Under the pieces are notes generated by a model. It saw only the letters and a program-made list of their open reading frames with translations, was not told the DNA's origin and ran no database searches. Below are positions 22,509 to 30,699 of a DNA stretch of 64,000 nucleotides, piece by piece; the stretch's first letter is position 1, and every line of letters begins with the position of its first letter. Location of the stretch: the NCBI GenBank assembly GCA_047284725.1, contig JBJBEO010000001.1, positions 2,424,203 through 2,488,202 of the forward strand, written 5' to 3'. Source of the stretch: Synechococcus sp. (GTDB taxonomy: Bacteria; Cyanobacteriota; Cyanobacteriia; PCC-6307; Cyanobiaceae). Position numbers and translations under genes: made by a program.

Positions 22509-23660
22509 GTGCAGGACAAGCTCACGCTGATGATCCCGGGTCCCACCCCCGTGCCCGAGTCGGTGCTGAAGGCCATGGGCCGCCACCCCATCGGCCACCG
22601 CAGCGGTGAGTTCCAGGATGTGGTGAAACGCACCACCGAGCAACTGCGCTGGCTCCACCAGACCAGCAATGATGTGCTGGTGATTACCGGAAGCGGCACG
22701 GCCGCGATGGAAGCGGGAATCATCAACACCCTCAGCCGGGGGGACAAAGTGCTCTGTGGCGACAACGGCAAGTTCGGCGAGCGCTGGGTGAAAGTGGCCC
22801 GGGCCTACGGACTCGACGTGGAGGTGATCAAGGCTGAATGGGGCCAGCCCCTTGATCCAGAGGCCTTCCGCACCGCCCTGGAAGCCGACACCGCCAAAGA
22901 AATTCGGGCTGTGATCCTCACCCACTCCGAAACGTCCACAGGAGTGATCAACGACCTCGAAACGATCAGCGGTCATGTGCGAGCCCATGGCACCGCTCTC
23001 ACCATTGCTGACTGTGTCACCAGCCTCGGCGCAAGCAACGTGCCAATGGATGCCTGGGGTTTGGATGTGGTGGCATCGGGCTCACAGAAGGGCTACATGA
23101 TGCCCCCTGGTCTCAGCTTCGTCGCGATGAGTGAGCGGGCCTGGCAGGCCTACGAACGTTCGGATCTACCCAAATTTTATTTAGATCTGGGCCCATACCG
23201 AAAAACCGCAGCCAAGAACAGCAATCCCTTCACCCCGGCGGTGAATCTCTACTTCGCTCTTGAAACAGCGCTGGACATGATGCAGGCCGAAGGACTGGAA
23301 GCAATCTTCACGCGCCACGGCCGCCATCGCGCCGCAGCACAAGCAGGCATGAAAGCCATGGGTCTTCCCCTCTACGCCGCCGAGGGCTACGGCAGTCCTG
23401 CCATCACAGCCGTTGCTCCAGATGGCATCGATGCGGAACAACTGCGGAAAGCTGTCAAAGAACGTTTTGACATACTTCTTGCTGGCGGCCAGGATCACCT
23501 CAAAGGCAAGGTCTTCCGCATTGGCCACTTGGGCTTTGTCTGCGATCGCGATGTGCTGACCGCGGTCGCTGCGATCGAGTCAACATTGCACTCTCTCGGT
23601 CTCCACAAAACCACCATGGGTGCCGGCGTAGCGGCCACTGCTGCGGCACTCGCCTCCTAA
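22509..23660 (+). CDS. Class V PLP aminotransferase (alanine-glyoxylate/serine-pyruvate family)
   Basis: MIPGPTPVP, HSETSTG, DCVTSLG, SGSQKG, FRIGHLG. Confidence 0.92.
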   Translation: MQDKLTLMIPGPTPVPESVLKAMGRHPIGHRSGEFQDVVKRTTEQLRWLHQTSNDVLVITGSGTAAMEAGIINTLSRGDKVLCGDNGKFGERWVKVARAYGLDVEVIKAEWGQPLDPEAFRTALEADTAKEIRAVILTHSETSTGVINDLETISGHVRAHGTALTIADCVTSLGASNVPMDAWGLDVVASGSQKGYMMPPGLSFVAMSERAWQAYERSDLPKFYLDLGPYRKTAAKNSNPFTPAVNLYFALETALDMMQAEGLEAIFTRHGRHRAAAQAGMKAMGLPLYAAEGYGSPAITAVAPDGIDAEQLRKAVKERFDILLAGGQDHLKGKVFRIGHLGFVCDRDVLTAVAAIESTLHSLGLHKTTMGAGVAATAAALAS

Positions 23661-23719
23661 AGCAACAGGCTGCGATCTCCAACACCACAAGCTGCGGCAG
23701 TGTCATAAACTGCCGCAAT

Positions 23720-23791
23720 GCGGGTGTAATTCAGTGGTAGAATGTCAGCTTCCCAAGCTGAACGTCGCCGGTTCGAGTCCGGTCACCCGCT
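23720..23791 (+). tRNA. tRNA-Gly (anticodon CCC)
   Basis: GCGGGTG/CACCCGC acceptor stem, D-loop AGTGGTA, anticodon arm TCAGC-TTCCCAA-GCTGA, GGTTCGAGTCC T-arm; CCA not encoded. Confidence 0.97.
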
Positions 23792-23819
23792 TACTTAAGT
23801 GAATGAGGTCAACCAACCC

Positions 23820-24044
23820 TTAATGGCGTGGTTTGATCAACTGCATGACCTGTGGGCCAACATCACCGGCTCGACGCTCTTGATCAAGAGCACGAAGAAT
23901 AAAGCCTGCGGATTGGTCAACCTGCCCCTCTTCAGCAGCCTGCTTAGCCAATGAAAAATATTTAGCTGCCTGATCTCTGTAACTCTGCTTCTGTTTGGCT
24001 GCAGCAGGGGGAGATCCTGTAGGTCTTGCAAGTATTGACGTCAC
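23820..24044 (-). CDS. Small hypothetical protein
   Basis: 74-aa helical ORF with GTG start, convergent on the tRNA. Confidence 0.65.
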   Translation of the reverse strand: MTSILARPTGSPPAAAKQKQSYRDQAAKYFSLAKQAAEEGQVDQSAGFILRALDQERRAGDVGPQVMQLIKPRH

Positions 24045-24117
24045 AATTAATCTCTAATTACGGTAAGCCTAACGCAACGATCGCAGCACCTACAAAGTGA
24101 ATATACGGAACGTTGCG

Positions 24118-24279
24118 TTAAGTGCCTGGTTCTTCGAAATTTCCCCCCAAAGCATCGATCTGCTCCCGCAGGACTTCAACCCTGTGATGATCGCCACGCG
24201 TGATGGCAACAGCAAGGGCAAATTCCAGTTTCTCCAACCGATGGTCACCCTCAACCAAACCCTTGCCTGAAGAGGCCAT
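24118..24279 (-). CDS. Small hypothetical protein
   Basis: MASSGKGLVEGDHRLEKLEFALAVA...EEPGT; ATG 24279 inferred (ORF extends to 24336). Confidence 0.6.
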   Translation of the reverse strand: MASSGKGLVEGDHRLEKLEFALAVAITRGDHHRVEVLREQIDALGGNFEEPGT

Positions 24280-24373
24280 CGCATGGAATGGCTCCAAGCT
24301 GCGATTGCCACATGCACCTGTCTGAGGAAAAGCCATCGGTCACTTTCTTTTCATTTTGACATCGACAGCGCCT

Positions 24374-24688
24374 TTACGCCGCCTCAAAGTCCTGAGAATT
24401 CCCCTCCTCGGTGGGCGGAAAAGCCTCCAAGCCGGCTTCGGCTGGGTTGGATTCAGTCGCAACAGTCGACTGCAACAGAGACTGACAATCCATCAAGAGA
24501 CGATCCACATCGTCAAGACGAGCCAAGTCTGCCGCTGGCATCTCTGATGTGGCCTGCTGCTGCTTGACCTGGAGCTCAAGGCTTTCCAGTCGCTGCTCAA
24601 GCTTCACCAGGCGCTGTGACAAGGCATTGATCGCATGAGCAACATCCTCTGCCGTGCGTGTGATCCGAAAAGACACGGACTGGGTCAT
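24374..24688 (-). CDS. Hypothetical coiled-coil protein
   Basis: LSQRLVKLEQRLESLEL heptad pattern, acidic tail. Confidence 0.75.
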   Translation of the reverse strand: MTQSVSFRITRTAEDVAHAINALSQRLVKLEQRLESLELQVKQQQATSEMPAADLARLDDVDRLLMDCQSLLQSTVATESNPAEAGLEAFPPTEEGNSQDFEAA

Positions 24689-24768
24689 GGCCGATAATTA
24701 GCGAAGGCAGTGCGCCGATAACAACACATTTGGGATCAGACTGAAAGCCTTCTCAGATCGGGACTTCC

Positions 24769-25284
24769 ATGCCCCCCCTGGCAACGCTTCTGATCTATGT
24801 GCTGGCAGGATCAACGACTGGGCTTCTGGCCTTGCGCACGGGCATCCCTGCTGCCCCCCTGGCTGGAGCACTGCTTGGAGCAGGCATCGTGAGCATGAGC
24901 GGTCGCGTCGAGATCGCCCAGTGGCCCGAAGGCACGCGCACAGCCCTGGAAATTGGCATTGGTGTGGTGATCGGCACCAGCCTGACCCGTAGCTCCCTGG
25001 AGCAATTGCAACAGTTGTGGCGGCCTGCCATCTTGATCACCCTCACTCTGGTGATGACGGGAATCGCCATTGGACTCTGGAGCAGCCGTCTTTTAGGCAT
25101 CGATCCTGTTGTTGCCCTGCTTGGTGCTGCCCCAGGCGGCATCAGTGGCATGAGCCTGGTCGGCAGTGATTTCGGTGTTGGAGCAGCCGTAGCAGCCCTG
25201 CATGCCGTACGCCTGATCACGGTGCTGCTGGTGCTTCCCCTCGTGGTGAAACTTCTCGCACCCCTCGGGCTCGGGGATTCGTGA
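24769..25284 (+). CDS. AbrB-family membrane protein (putative ammonia monooxygenase-like, single repeat)
   Basis: Highly hydrophobic; IPAAPLAG, IGVVIG, LGAAPGGISGMS, HAVRL motifs. Confidence 0.8.
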   Translation: MPPLATLLIYVLAGSTTGLLALRTGIPAAPLAGALLGAGIVSMSGRVEIAQWPEGTRTALEIGIGVVIGTSLTRSSLEQLQQLWRPAILITLTLVMTGIAIGLWSSRLLGIDPVVALLGAAPGGISGMSLVGSDFGVGAAVAALHAVRLITVLLVLPLVVKLLAPLGLGDS

Positions 25285-25358
25285 TTTTGCGGCTTACCGC
25301 CTCTGGACATCAACAGGTGAATCGATACGTTGGCGCAGATCGATCCCTTCGTCCAGCC

Positions 25359-25769
25359 ATGGCCAGGAACCGTGTTCTCTCTGTCGTCTACCTGGGCCTG
25401 GCAGGGCTGTCCCTTGGCAGCCTGCAGCCTGCCGTTGCCCACGCTGACTCCACCCCCAATAAAGGGGCACAGGTCTACTGCTTCATGCGCACCAACGGCA
25501 ACGACCATGCCGTGAGCTGGGAAGCGTCTTACGCCCTGATCAAACGCCAGAAAAGTGGAGTCTTCAAAACCTCCCCAGAACATGCTGCGGTGATGATCAC
25601 TGAAGCGGTCGTGAATGATCCAGGCACCTATCCCGAATGCGGACGCTACCTCGGTGATCTGTTCAGACCAGGAAAACTGAAGGGATCACTTCCCGAAAAT
25701 CGCCCTGTGGGCAGCTCTACCCAATCCACTTCTTCCACGTCATATGGTGATCAGCGTTACGGCTACTAA
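25359..25769 (+). CDS. Secreted hypothetical protein (DUF6554-like)
   Basis: Signal peptide ending AVAHA, then KGAQVYCFMR...SWEASYALIKRQ; family name from recall. Confidence 0.7.
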   Translation: MARNRVLSVVYLGLAGLSLGSLQPAVAHADSTPNKGAQVYCFMRTNGNDHAVSWEASYALIKRQKSGVFKTSPEHAAVMITEAVVNDPGTYPECGRYLGDLFRPGKLKGSLPENRPVGSSTQSTSSTSYGDQRYGY

Positions 25770-26160
25770 CCCCAAACACGTCTTCGCGTCTGTGCTGATC
25801 GCAGGAGTGCTGTTGACAGGGGTAAGTTGCCGCAGCCGTTCTGCCCCGACCAGTGCCCTGAGCGAAGCAGAACTGACTCCTCAGGCCTGTCTTGAAGAAC
25901 TGGATCTGAATCAACTGGATCAAGCTCTCCGCCGATGCGATCAAGTGGTGGCTGCCCATCGCGGTGATCCAGTTCCGCTCACGGATCGTTCTCTGCTTCA
26001 CACCCTGATGGGCCAGCTTGAACGGGCTTGTCTCGATGTGGACAAAGCTCTAATCCTTGTGAAACGCCAAGGCAAAACCGCTGACCCGATGGTGAGTCAC
26101 GAACTCAGCGTTCGTCAGACGTCTTGCAAGCAGCGGGCGAGCAGGGCGGGCAAAGGCTGA
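25744..26160 (+). CDS. Putative lipoprotein with TPR-like helices
   Basis: Hydrophobic N-terminus ending LTGVSC; DRSLLHTLMGQLERACLD TPR-like segment; start uncertain. Confidence 0.65.
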   Translation: MVISVTATNPKHVFASVLIAGVLLTGVSCRSRSAPTSALSEAELTPQACLEELDLNQLDQALRRCDQVVAAHRGDPVPLTDRSLLHTLMGQLERACLDVDKALILVKRQGKTADPMVSHELSVRQTSCKQRASRAGKG

Positions 26161-27830
26161 CGTTCAAGATTCAAACGTCGCTGACCCAGCAGGACCTCAA
26201 TCTGGCGCGCTTTGCTCGCAACCAGACCATCGACGAGTTGATCGGCCAGACCCAGTTGCAACCAATGACTGGTGAGGCCACCATCCATCCCCAAGCGATG
26301 GCATCGATCCTCTGCCTGATCCACATCCCCGGGAGTCCATGGACGCTCGAGCAACACCACCTGCCGGGCGCGGTGCAAGGTGAAACCGAGCCCACCGGCG
26401 CCATACGTGGCCAGCAATAAATCGCTCTGCCCCGACTGGAAACGATCCACAACAGCCTGACGCTCAGTCGACTTGAGACGACCGGTCAACAGTTCACCGC
26501 CGAGGCGCTGATGCAACAGCTGCAACGGCGCAACGAAACCACTGAAGAGCACCACGGGCTGGGCCCTTTGGCGCAAGTCGTTCAGGAGCTGCACAGCAAA
26601 GGGCAACTTGAACTCCGCACCGATCCTTCGCAGGGCCGTCAGTAAGGCAAACGCCTCAGCATCCGATCGCACGAGACCCTCCCGCACCCTGCGGCGGTAG
26701 TCATCGACCACCTGGGCCACACGGTGGTCAAGGCCACGGGCTTCCGCCTCTTCTAAGGCAATGGGATGAACGCAGCGCTGTTTAGGAGGTAAGGCCAGCA
26801 CCTGCTGCTTGCGGCGATGCAACACCAACGGGCGGGTCAGGCGGCGCAACTCCTCCAACTGCGTGGCACCCTTCGCCTGCCATCGTCTGCGCCCCCCTTC
26901 CTCACGCCAGTGACCTTGACAAAACAACTCCTCGAAAGCCCGTTGGTCACGGGCAATGGGGTGATCAATGGCCGCCAGAAGGGGATAAAGCTGATCAGGG
27001 CGGCCATTTTTCATCGGTGTGCCGGTGAGCAACCAGATCGCCCTCAGGCGGGGATGCCGCGCTAAACGCAAGAGCGACTGCGTGCGCTGGGCAGCCATCG
27101 ACTGTCCGTAATGGGCTTCATCCACCACCAGCAGCGTGCCGGAGGAAGGAAGGTCGTCAGGTAGACGGGCCCAACTCAACAGACTCAAGGGCAAATCAAG
27201 GCTCTCCGCCTCCCGTCGCCAGTGACCGTGCAGTCCGACAGGGGCCACCACCATCAGGCGCAACGGCATGGCGCGCATCAGAGCCCTGGCCGCCAACAGC
27301 GCCGTGAGCGTCTTGCCAAGACCCATTTCATCGGCCAGGAGGGCACCACGACGGGCCAACAGCCACCGCACTCCCGAGCGCTGATGAGGCAAGGGCTGTC
27401 GACCATCAGGCAAGGTCGTCTCAAGATCCGCCAACTGCACCAGATGGCGGTGTTCCGGCAGAGGAGGCAAAGGATGACGATGCCAATCGATCCACCGGGC
27501 CAGATCGGCCTTCACCGGGAAGCGGGATCCAAGTCGCTCCTGCAGCACCTGAGCCGCGGCCAGCGGAAATTCCCACCCCTTGAGCACCCCTCTCCAGGTT
27601 CCACGCGGACGCACCTTGCCGATCTGAGCATGGGTCACTGCATCAAACGGATGCACCACCTGCACCAATCCGGCCGAGGACAGCCCGAGATAGCAACGGG
27701 AGTTTGAGGACGCCGTAGCGTAAAAACCAGCAGGAAAAATTTTAGAGCGCGGAGCAACGCCGACAAGCAAACACAATTCTTCGTGACAGACCAACAGCAT
27801 CAAACAGCAAAAATGCAGCGTTCGACACAT
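26115..27830 (-). CDS. SNF2-family ATPase/helicase with N-terminal HARP-like domain
   Basis: DEMGLGKT, VVDEAH, LLTGTP, VLFS, GGLGFTL, QAEDRCHRLG; true start probably between 27770 and 27668. Confidence 0.9.
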   Translation of the reverse strand: MCRTLHFCCLMLLVCHEELCLLVGVAPRSKIFPAGFYATASSNSRCYLGLSSAGLVQVVHPFDAVTHAQIGKVRPRGTWRGVLKGWEFPLAAAQVLQERLGSRFPVKADLARWIDWHRHPLPPLPEHRHLVQLADLETTLPDGRQPLPHQRSGVRWLLARRGALLADEMGLGKTLTALLAARALMRAMPLRLMVVAPVGLHGHWRREAESLDLPLSLLSWARLPDDLPSSGTLLVVDEAHYGQSMAAQRTQSLLRLARHPRLRAIWLLTGTPMKNGRPDQLYPLLAAIDHPIARDQRAFEELFCQGHWREEGGRRRWQAKGATQLEELRRLTRPLVLHRRKQQVLALPPKQRCVHPIALEEAEARGLDHRVAQVVDDYRRRVREGLVRSDAEAFALLTALRRIGAEFKLPFAVQLLNDLRQRAQPVVLFSGFVAPLQLLHQRLGGELLTGRLKSTERQAVVDRFQSGQSDLLLATYGAGGLGFTLHRARQVVLLERPWTPGDVDQAEDRCHRLGMDGGLTSHWLQLGLADQLVDGLVASKARQIEVLLGQRRLNLERQPLPALLARCLQDV

Positions 27831-27878
27831 TGACTACCGGTCAAGTACGGGCACAATGCATTTAACCGAGATACTCGG

Positions 27879-28310
27879 ATGCATAACAGGGATGCGGTTT
27901 TCCTCGATGAACTTTGTCCCAAGTTGCGCGTTCGAAGATGGCGACAATCACTCCATTCCCGCACGGGGAAAAGTTGTATTTATTGTGGAAAACCATCCGA
28001 ATCCATTGATCATCTTCAACCCCAGTGTCGAGGTGGGTTAAGTACTACAGAAAACTGCGTGCCAGCCTGCCTCTCCTGTAACGGAAGCAAATCCGATGCT
28101 GACGTTTTCGATTGGTATCGGCGACAGCGTTTCTATGATCCGCGCCGCGCCATGGCAATTCGCGCCTGGATGGATGGAGACCTCCGCCTGGCGATGCGGC
28201 TACTTCAATGGGTTCAACCCGACCTCAATCCCGAGACAGCCGATCGACAGCATCCATCACCTCTGGAGACAGATCCACACGACACCGACTGGTCATGGCA
28301 AGCAGCCTGA
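27879..28310 (+). CDS. HNH endonuclease
   Basis: CIYCG...IDHLQP..RGG....ENCVPACLSCN.SK. Confidence 0.9.
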   Translation: MHNRDAVFLDELCPKLRVRRWRQSLHSRTGKSCIYCGKPSESIDHLQPQCRGGLSTTENCVPACLSCNGSKSDADVFDWYRRQRFYDPRRAMAIRAWMDGDLRLAMRLLQWVQPDLNPETADRQHPSPLETDPHDTDWSWQAA

Positions 28311-28320
28311 CCCTTCACTC

Positions 28321-28524
28321 TCACCATACGCTGCAAGCAGCCGCTGAATGATGGCGTTCGCAGATCGACGCTTGCTGGCCAGGCTGCTCGGGCGCAAGCA
28401 CGAACGCACCCGTCACAAGAGCAGCCGCCATCAGAGCAGCTGCACATTGAGGGGGGCGCAAGCCCTGACGGCGCGGCACCATGGAGCCGGATGGAGAGAC
28501 CAGGGAAAGAGATGCGTCAGCCAT
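28321..28524 (-). CDS. Small single-TM hypothetical protein (67 aa)
   Basis: MADASLSL...CAAALMAAALVTGAFVLAPEQP...CERHHSAAACSVW; ATG at 28524 inside a longer ORF. Confidence 0.65.
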   Translation of the reverse strand: MADASLSLVSPSGSMVPRRQGLRPPQCAAALMAAALVTGAFVLAPEQPGQQASICERHHSAAACSVW

Positions 28525-28539
28525 GGCCAAACAATGAAC

Positions 28540-28555
28540 TAATACACTTGTACTG
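28540..28555. promoter_or_regulatory. Putative LexA (SOS) box
   Basis: TAATACACTTGTACTG; 13/14 match to the cyanobacterial consensus AGTACWNWTGTACT, in a 31-nt divergent intergenic gap. Confidence 0.65.
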
Positions 28556-29515
28556 ATGTCAGGAGCGCTTGTCAACCATGGGCAGTCCTGGCCCGAGCGC
28601 GCCACTCTTCTGGTGCTGGGAAGCGGCTTCAGTGGACAGCGGATTGCCGCCCTGGCCAGCCAGCAAGGGGCCCGGGTCCTGACCACCCGCCGCTTGCCGG
28701 ACAGCGACAGCGACAGCGATCCCAACAGCACAACATCACACCCAGTGCTGCGCTTCGACAGCCAGCTCGGGAGAATTCCCACCCCCGATCAGCTGAACGG
28801 CGTCACCCATGTGGTGAGCACAATTGGGCCGGAACGCAGTGGAGAGGATCCCGTGCTGCGCTGCCTTGGAAATCAACTCAGCGCGATGCAATTGCAATGG
28901 GTGGGCTATCTCTCCACCACAGGGGTCTATGGCGATCGCCGGGGCGGATGGGTCAGCGAAAGAGATGCGCCCAACCCCACCCAGGAACGCAGCAAACGCC
29001 GTTTGGAGTGTGAACAGACCTGGCTCAACAGCGGGCTGCCGGTTCAGATCATCCGACTGCCAGGGATCTATGGCCCGGGACGATCACCCCTACGGGCCAT
29101 CCTGCGGGGGGACGTCAAACCGATCGACAAGCCTGGTCAGGTGTTCTCTCGCGTCCATGTCGACGACATTGCCGGGGCCTGCCTGCATCTGATCGATCGA
29201 GCCTCCAAAGGCCAACATCCCACCGTTGTCAACGTGTGCGACGACCTGCCGGCGCCGGCGGCGGACGTGCAGGCCTATGCCGCCGAACTGCTGGGTCAAC
29301 GTCTGCCACCCCGCCGCGCCTATGCCGACGCCATCGCGTCGATGAGCCCGATGGCCCGCTCGTTCTGGGCTGAAAACCGCCGCGTGAGCAACCGTTTGCT
29401 GTGCCAGACGCTGGGCTATCAGCTTCTCCATCCTGACTTCCGCAGCGGCATGCACGATTGCTGGAAACGGGAAGGTTTCAGCGCCCCTGGGGAGAAGCCT
29501 TCGAGGGAGGCTTGA
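28556..29515 (+). CDS. Atypical SDR / NAD-dependent epimerase-dehydratase
   Basis: VLGSGFSG, YLSTTGVYGD, IRLPGIYGPGR, SRVHVDDI. Confidence 0.88.
   Translation: MSGALVNHGQSWPERATLLVLGSGFSGQRIAALASQQGARVLTTRRLPDSDSDSDPNSTTSHPVLRFDSQLGRIPTPDQLNGVTHVVSTIGPERSGEDPVLRCLGNQLSAMQLQWVGYLSTTGVYGDRRGGWVSERDAPNPTQERSKRRLECEQTWLNSGLPVQIIRLPGIYGPGRSPLRAILRGDVKPIDKPGQVFSRVHVDDIAGACLHLIDRASKGQHPTVVNVCDDLPAPAADVQAYAAELLGQRLPPRRAYADAIASMSPMARSFWAENRRVSNRLLCQTLGYQLLHPDFRSGMHDCWKREGFSAPGEKPSREA
28700..28717 (+). repeat. Hexamer tandem repeat (GACAGC)x3, in-frame Asp-Ser
   Basis: gacagcgacagcgacagc encodes DSDSDS in the SDR gene. Confidence 0.8.
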
Positions 29516-29672
29516 GAAAGGGATGTTCGTGAAGACGCATCGGCTGATCCTGATCGCCCACATCGATGCCGGCATCCTGGAGTAAACGCAGCCATTGCAC
29601 CTCAAGCCAGCCGTTACTGAACCCCAATCCCAGCCCAACGGTCAGCACGCCCAGAAGCAACCAACGCAGCAT
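29478..29672 (-). CDS. Small membrane hypothetical protein
   Basis: MLRWLLLGVLTVGLGLGFSNGWLEVQW; fills the gap between the SDR gene and pdxA. Confidence 0.6.
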   Translation of the reverse strand: MLRWLLLGVLTVGLGLGFSNGWLEVQWLRLLQDAGIDVGDQDQPMRLHEHPFLKPPSKASPQGR

Positions 29673-30699
29673 GATCATCCCCGCTGAATCCACTGACGTT
29701 AATCAGCGTTTGGTGATTGCCCTCGGCGATCCCGCAGGGATCGGCATGGAAGTCACCCTCAAAGCCCTGGCCGACCCACGCTGCCCGGTCGGACTGGAAC
29801 CGTTGCTGGTGGGCTGCCGGCGCACCCTGGAACAGACCTATCGGCAACTCTTACCGAACAGTGCCGTCCCCCTCGCCGACCCGGCGAGCCTGGCCATTAA
29901 CGACCTGCCTCTCAATGAACCCGTACACCCCGGCAGACCATCAGCCGCCGGCGGTGCTGCCAGCTTCCAATGGCTCACCCGCGCCACCACCTTGGCCCTC
30001 CAAGGCCAGGCCAGGGCCCTGGTCACCGCACCGATTGCAAAACACATCTGGCATGCCGCGGGCCACACCTATCCAGGACAAACGGAACGACTGGCCGAAC
30101 TGGGAGGCGGTCGCCAGGCCTCGATGCTGTTCACTGCCCTTTCACCCCACACCGGATGGCGGTTGAACACACTGCTCGCCACAACCCACATCCCCTTGGC
30201 AGCGGTGCCCAAGACCCTCACACCAGAAACTATCCACAGCAAACTGAACACCCTGGCGCAGTTCTGCCGGCGTTTCCGCCAGCAACCGCGCCTGCATGTG
30301 GCCGGTCTGAATCCCCATGCAGGAGAAAATGGCCAACTGGGCCAAGAAGAATGCAGCTGGATCGAAGCAGCCCTGGAGGAGTGGTCGATTGCCAATCCCG
30401 ATGTTGTCCTCACCGGTCCACTACCACCAGACACCTGCTGGTTGACCGCTGCCCAAGCCTGGAACGAAGGCGCAACCAACACCAGCCCTGATGGTTTTCT
30501 GGCGCTTTATCACGACCAGGGACTGATTCCAGTGAAACTGCTGGCTTTTGATCAGGCCGTGAACACCACTCTTGGACTGCCTTTTCTACGCACATCCCCG
30601 GACCACGGCACAGGATTTGACATCGCCGGTCAAGCCATCGCCCGACCGGCAAGCATGGTGGCTGCCATCAGGGCCGCCTGGGAGCTCAGCCGGGTTTAA
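29671..30699 (+). CDS. pdxA: 4-hydroxythreonine-4-phosphate dehydrogenase
   Basis: GDPAGIG, TAPIAK, GLNPHAGE, LYHDQGLIPVK, RTSPDHGT; start uncertain. Confidence 0.95.
   Translation: MIIPAESTDVNQRLVIALGDPAGIGMEVTLKALADPRCPVGLEPLLVGCRRTLEQTYRQLLPNSAVPLADPASLAINDLPLNEPVHPGRPSAAGGAASFQWLTRATTLALQGQARALVTAPIAKHIWHAAGHTYPGQTERLAELGGGRQASMLFTALSPHTGWRLNTLLATTHIPLAAVPKTLTPETIHSKLNTLAQFCRRFRQQPRLHVAGLNPHAGENGQLGQEECSWIEAALEEWSIANPDVVLTGPLPPDTCWLTAAQAWNEGATNTSPDGFLALYHDQGLIPVKLLAFDQAVNTTLGLPFLRTSPDHGTGFDIAGQAIARPASMVAAIRAAWELSRV

Noticed and set aside
23720..26160. Prophage/ICE integrated at tRNA-Gly or at the guaA 3' end
   Set aside because: No integrase, transposase or att duplication seen
27879..28310. 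HNH as a homing endonuclease or Cas9/IscB relative
   Set aside because: Stand-alone 143 aa, no RuvC motifs, no intron, repeat array or IS ends nearby
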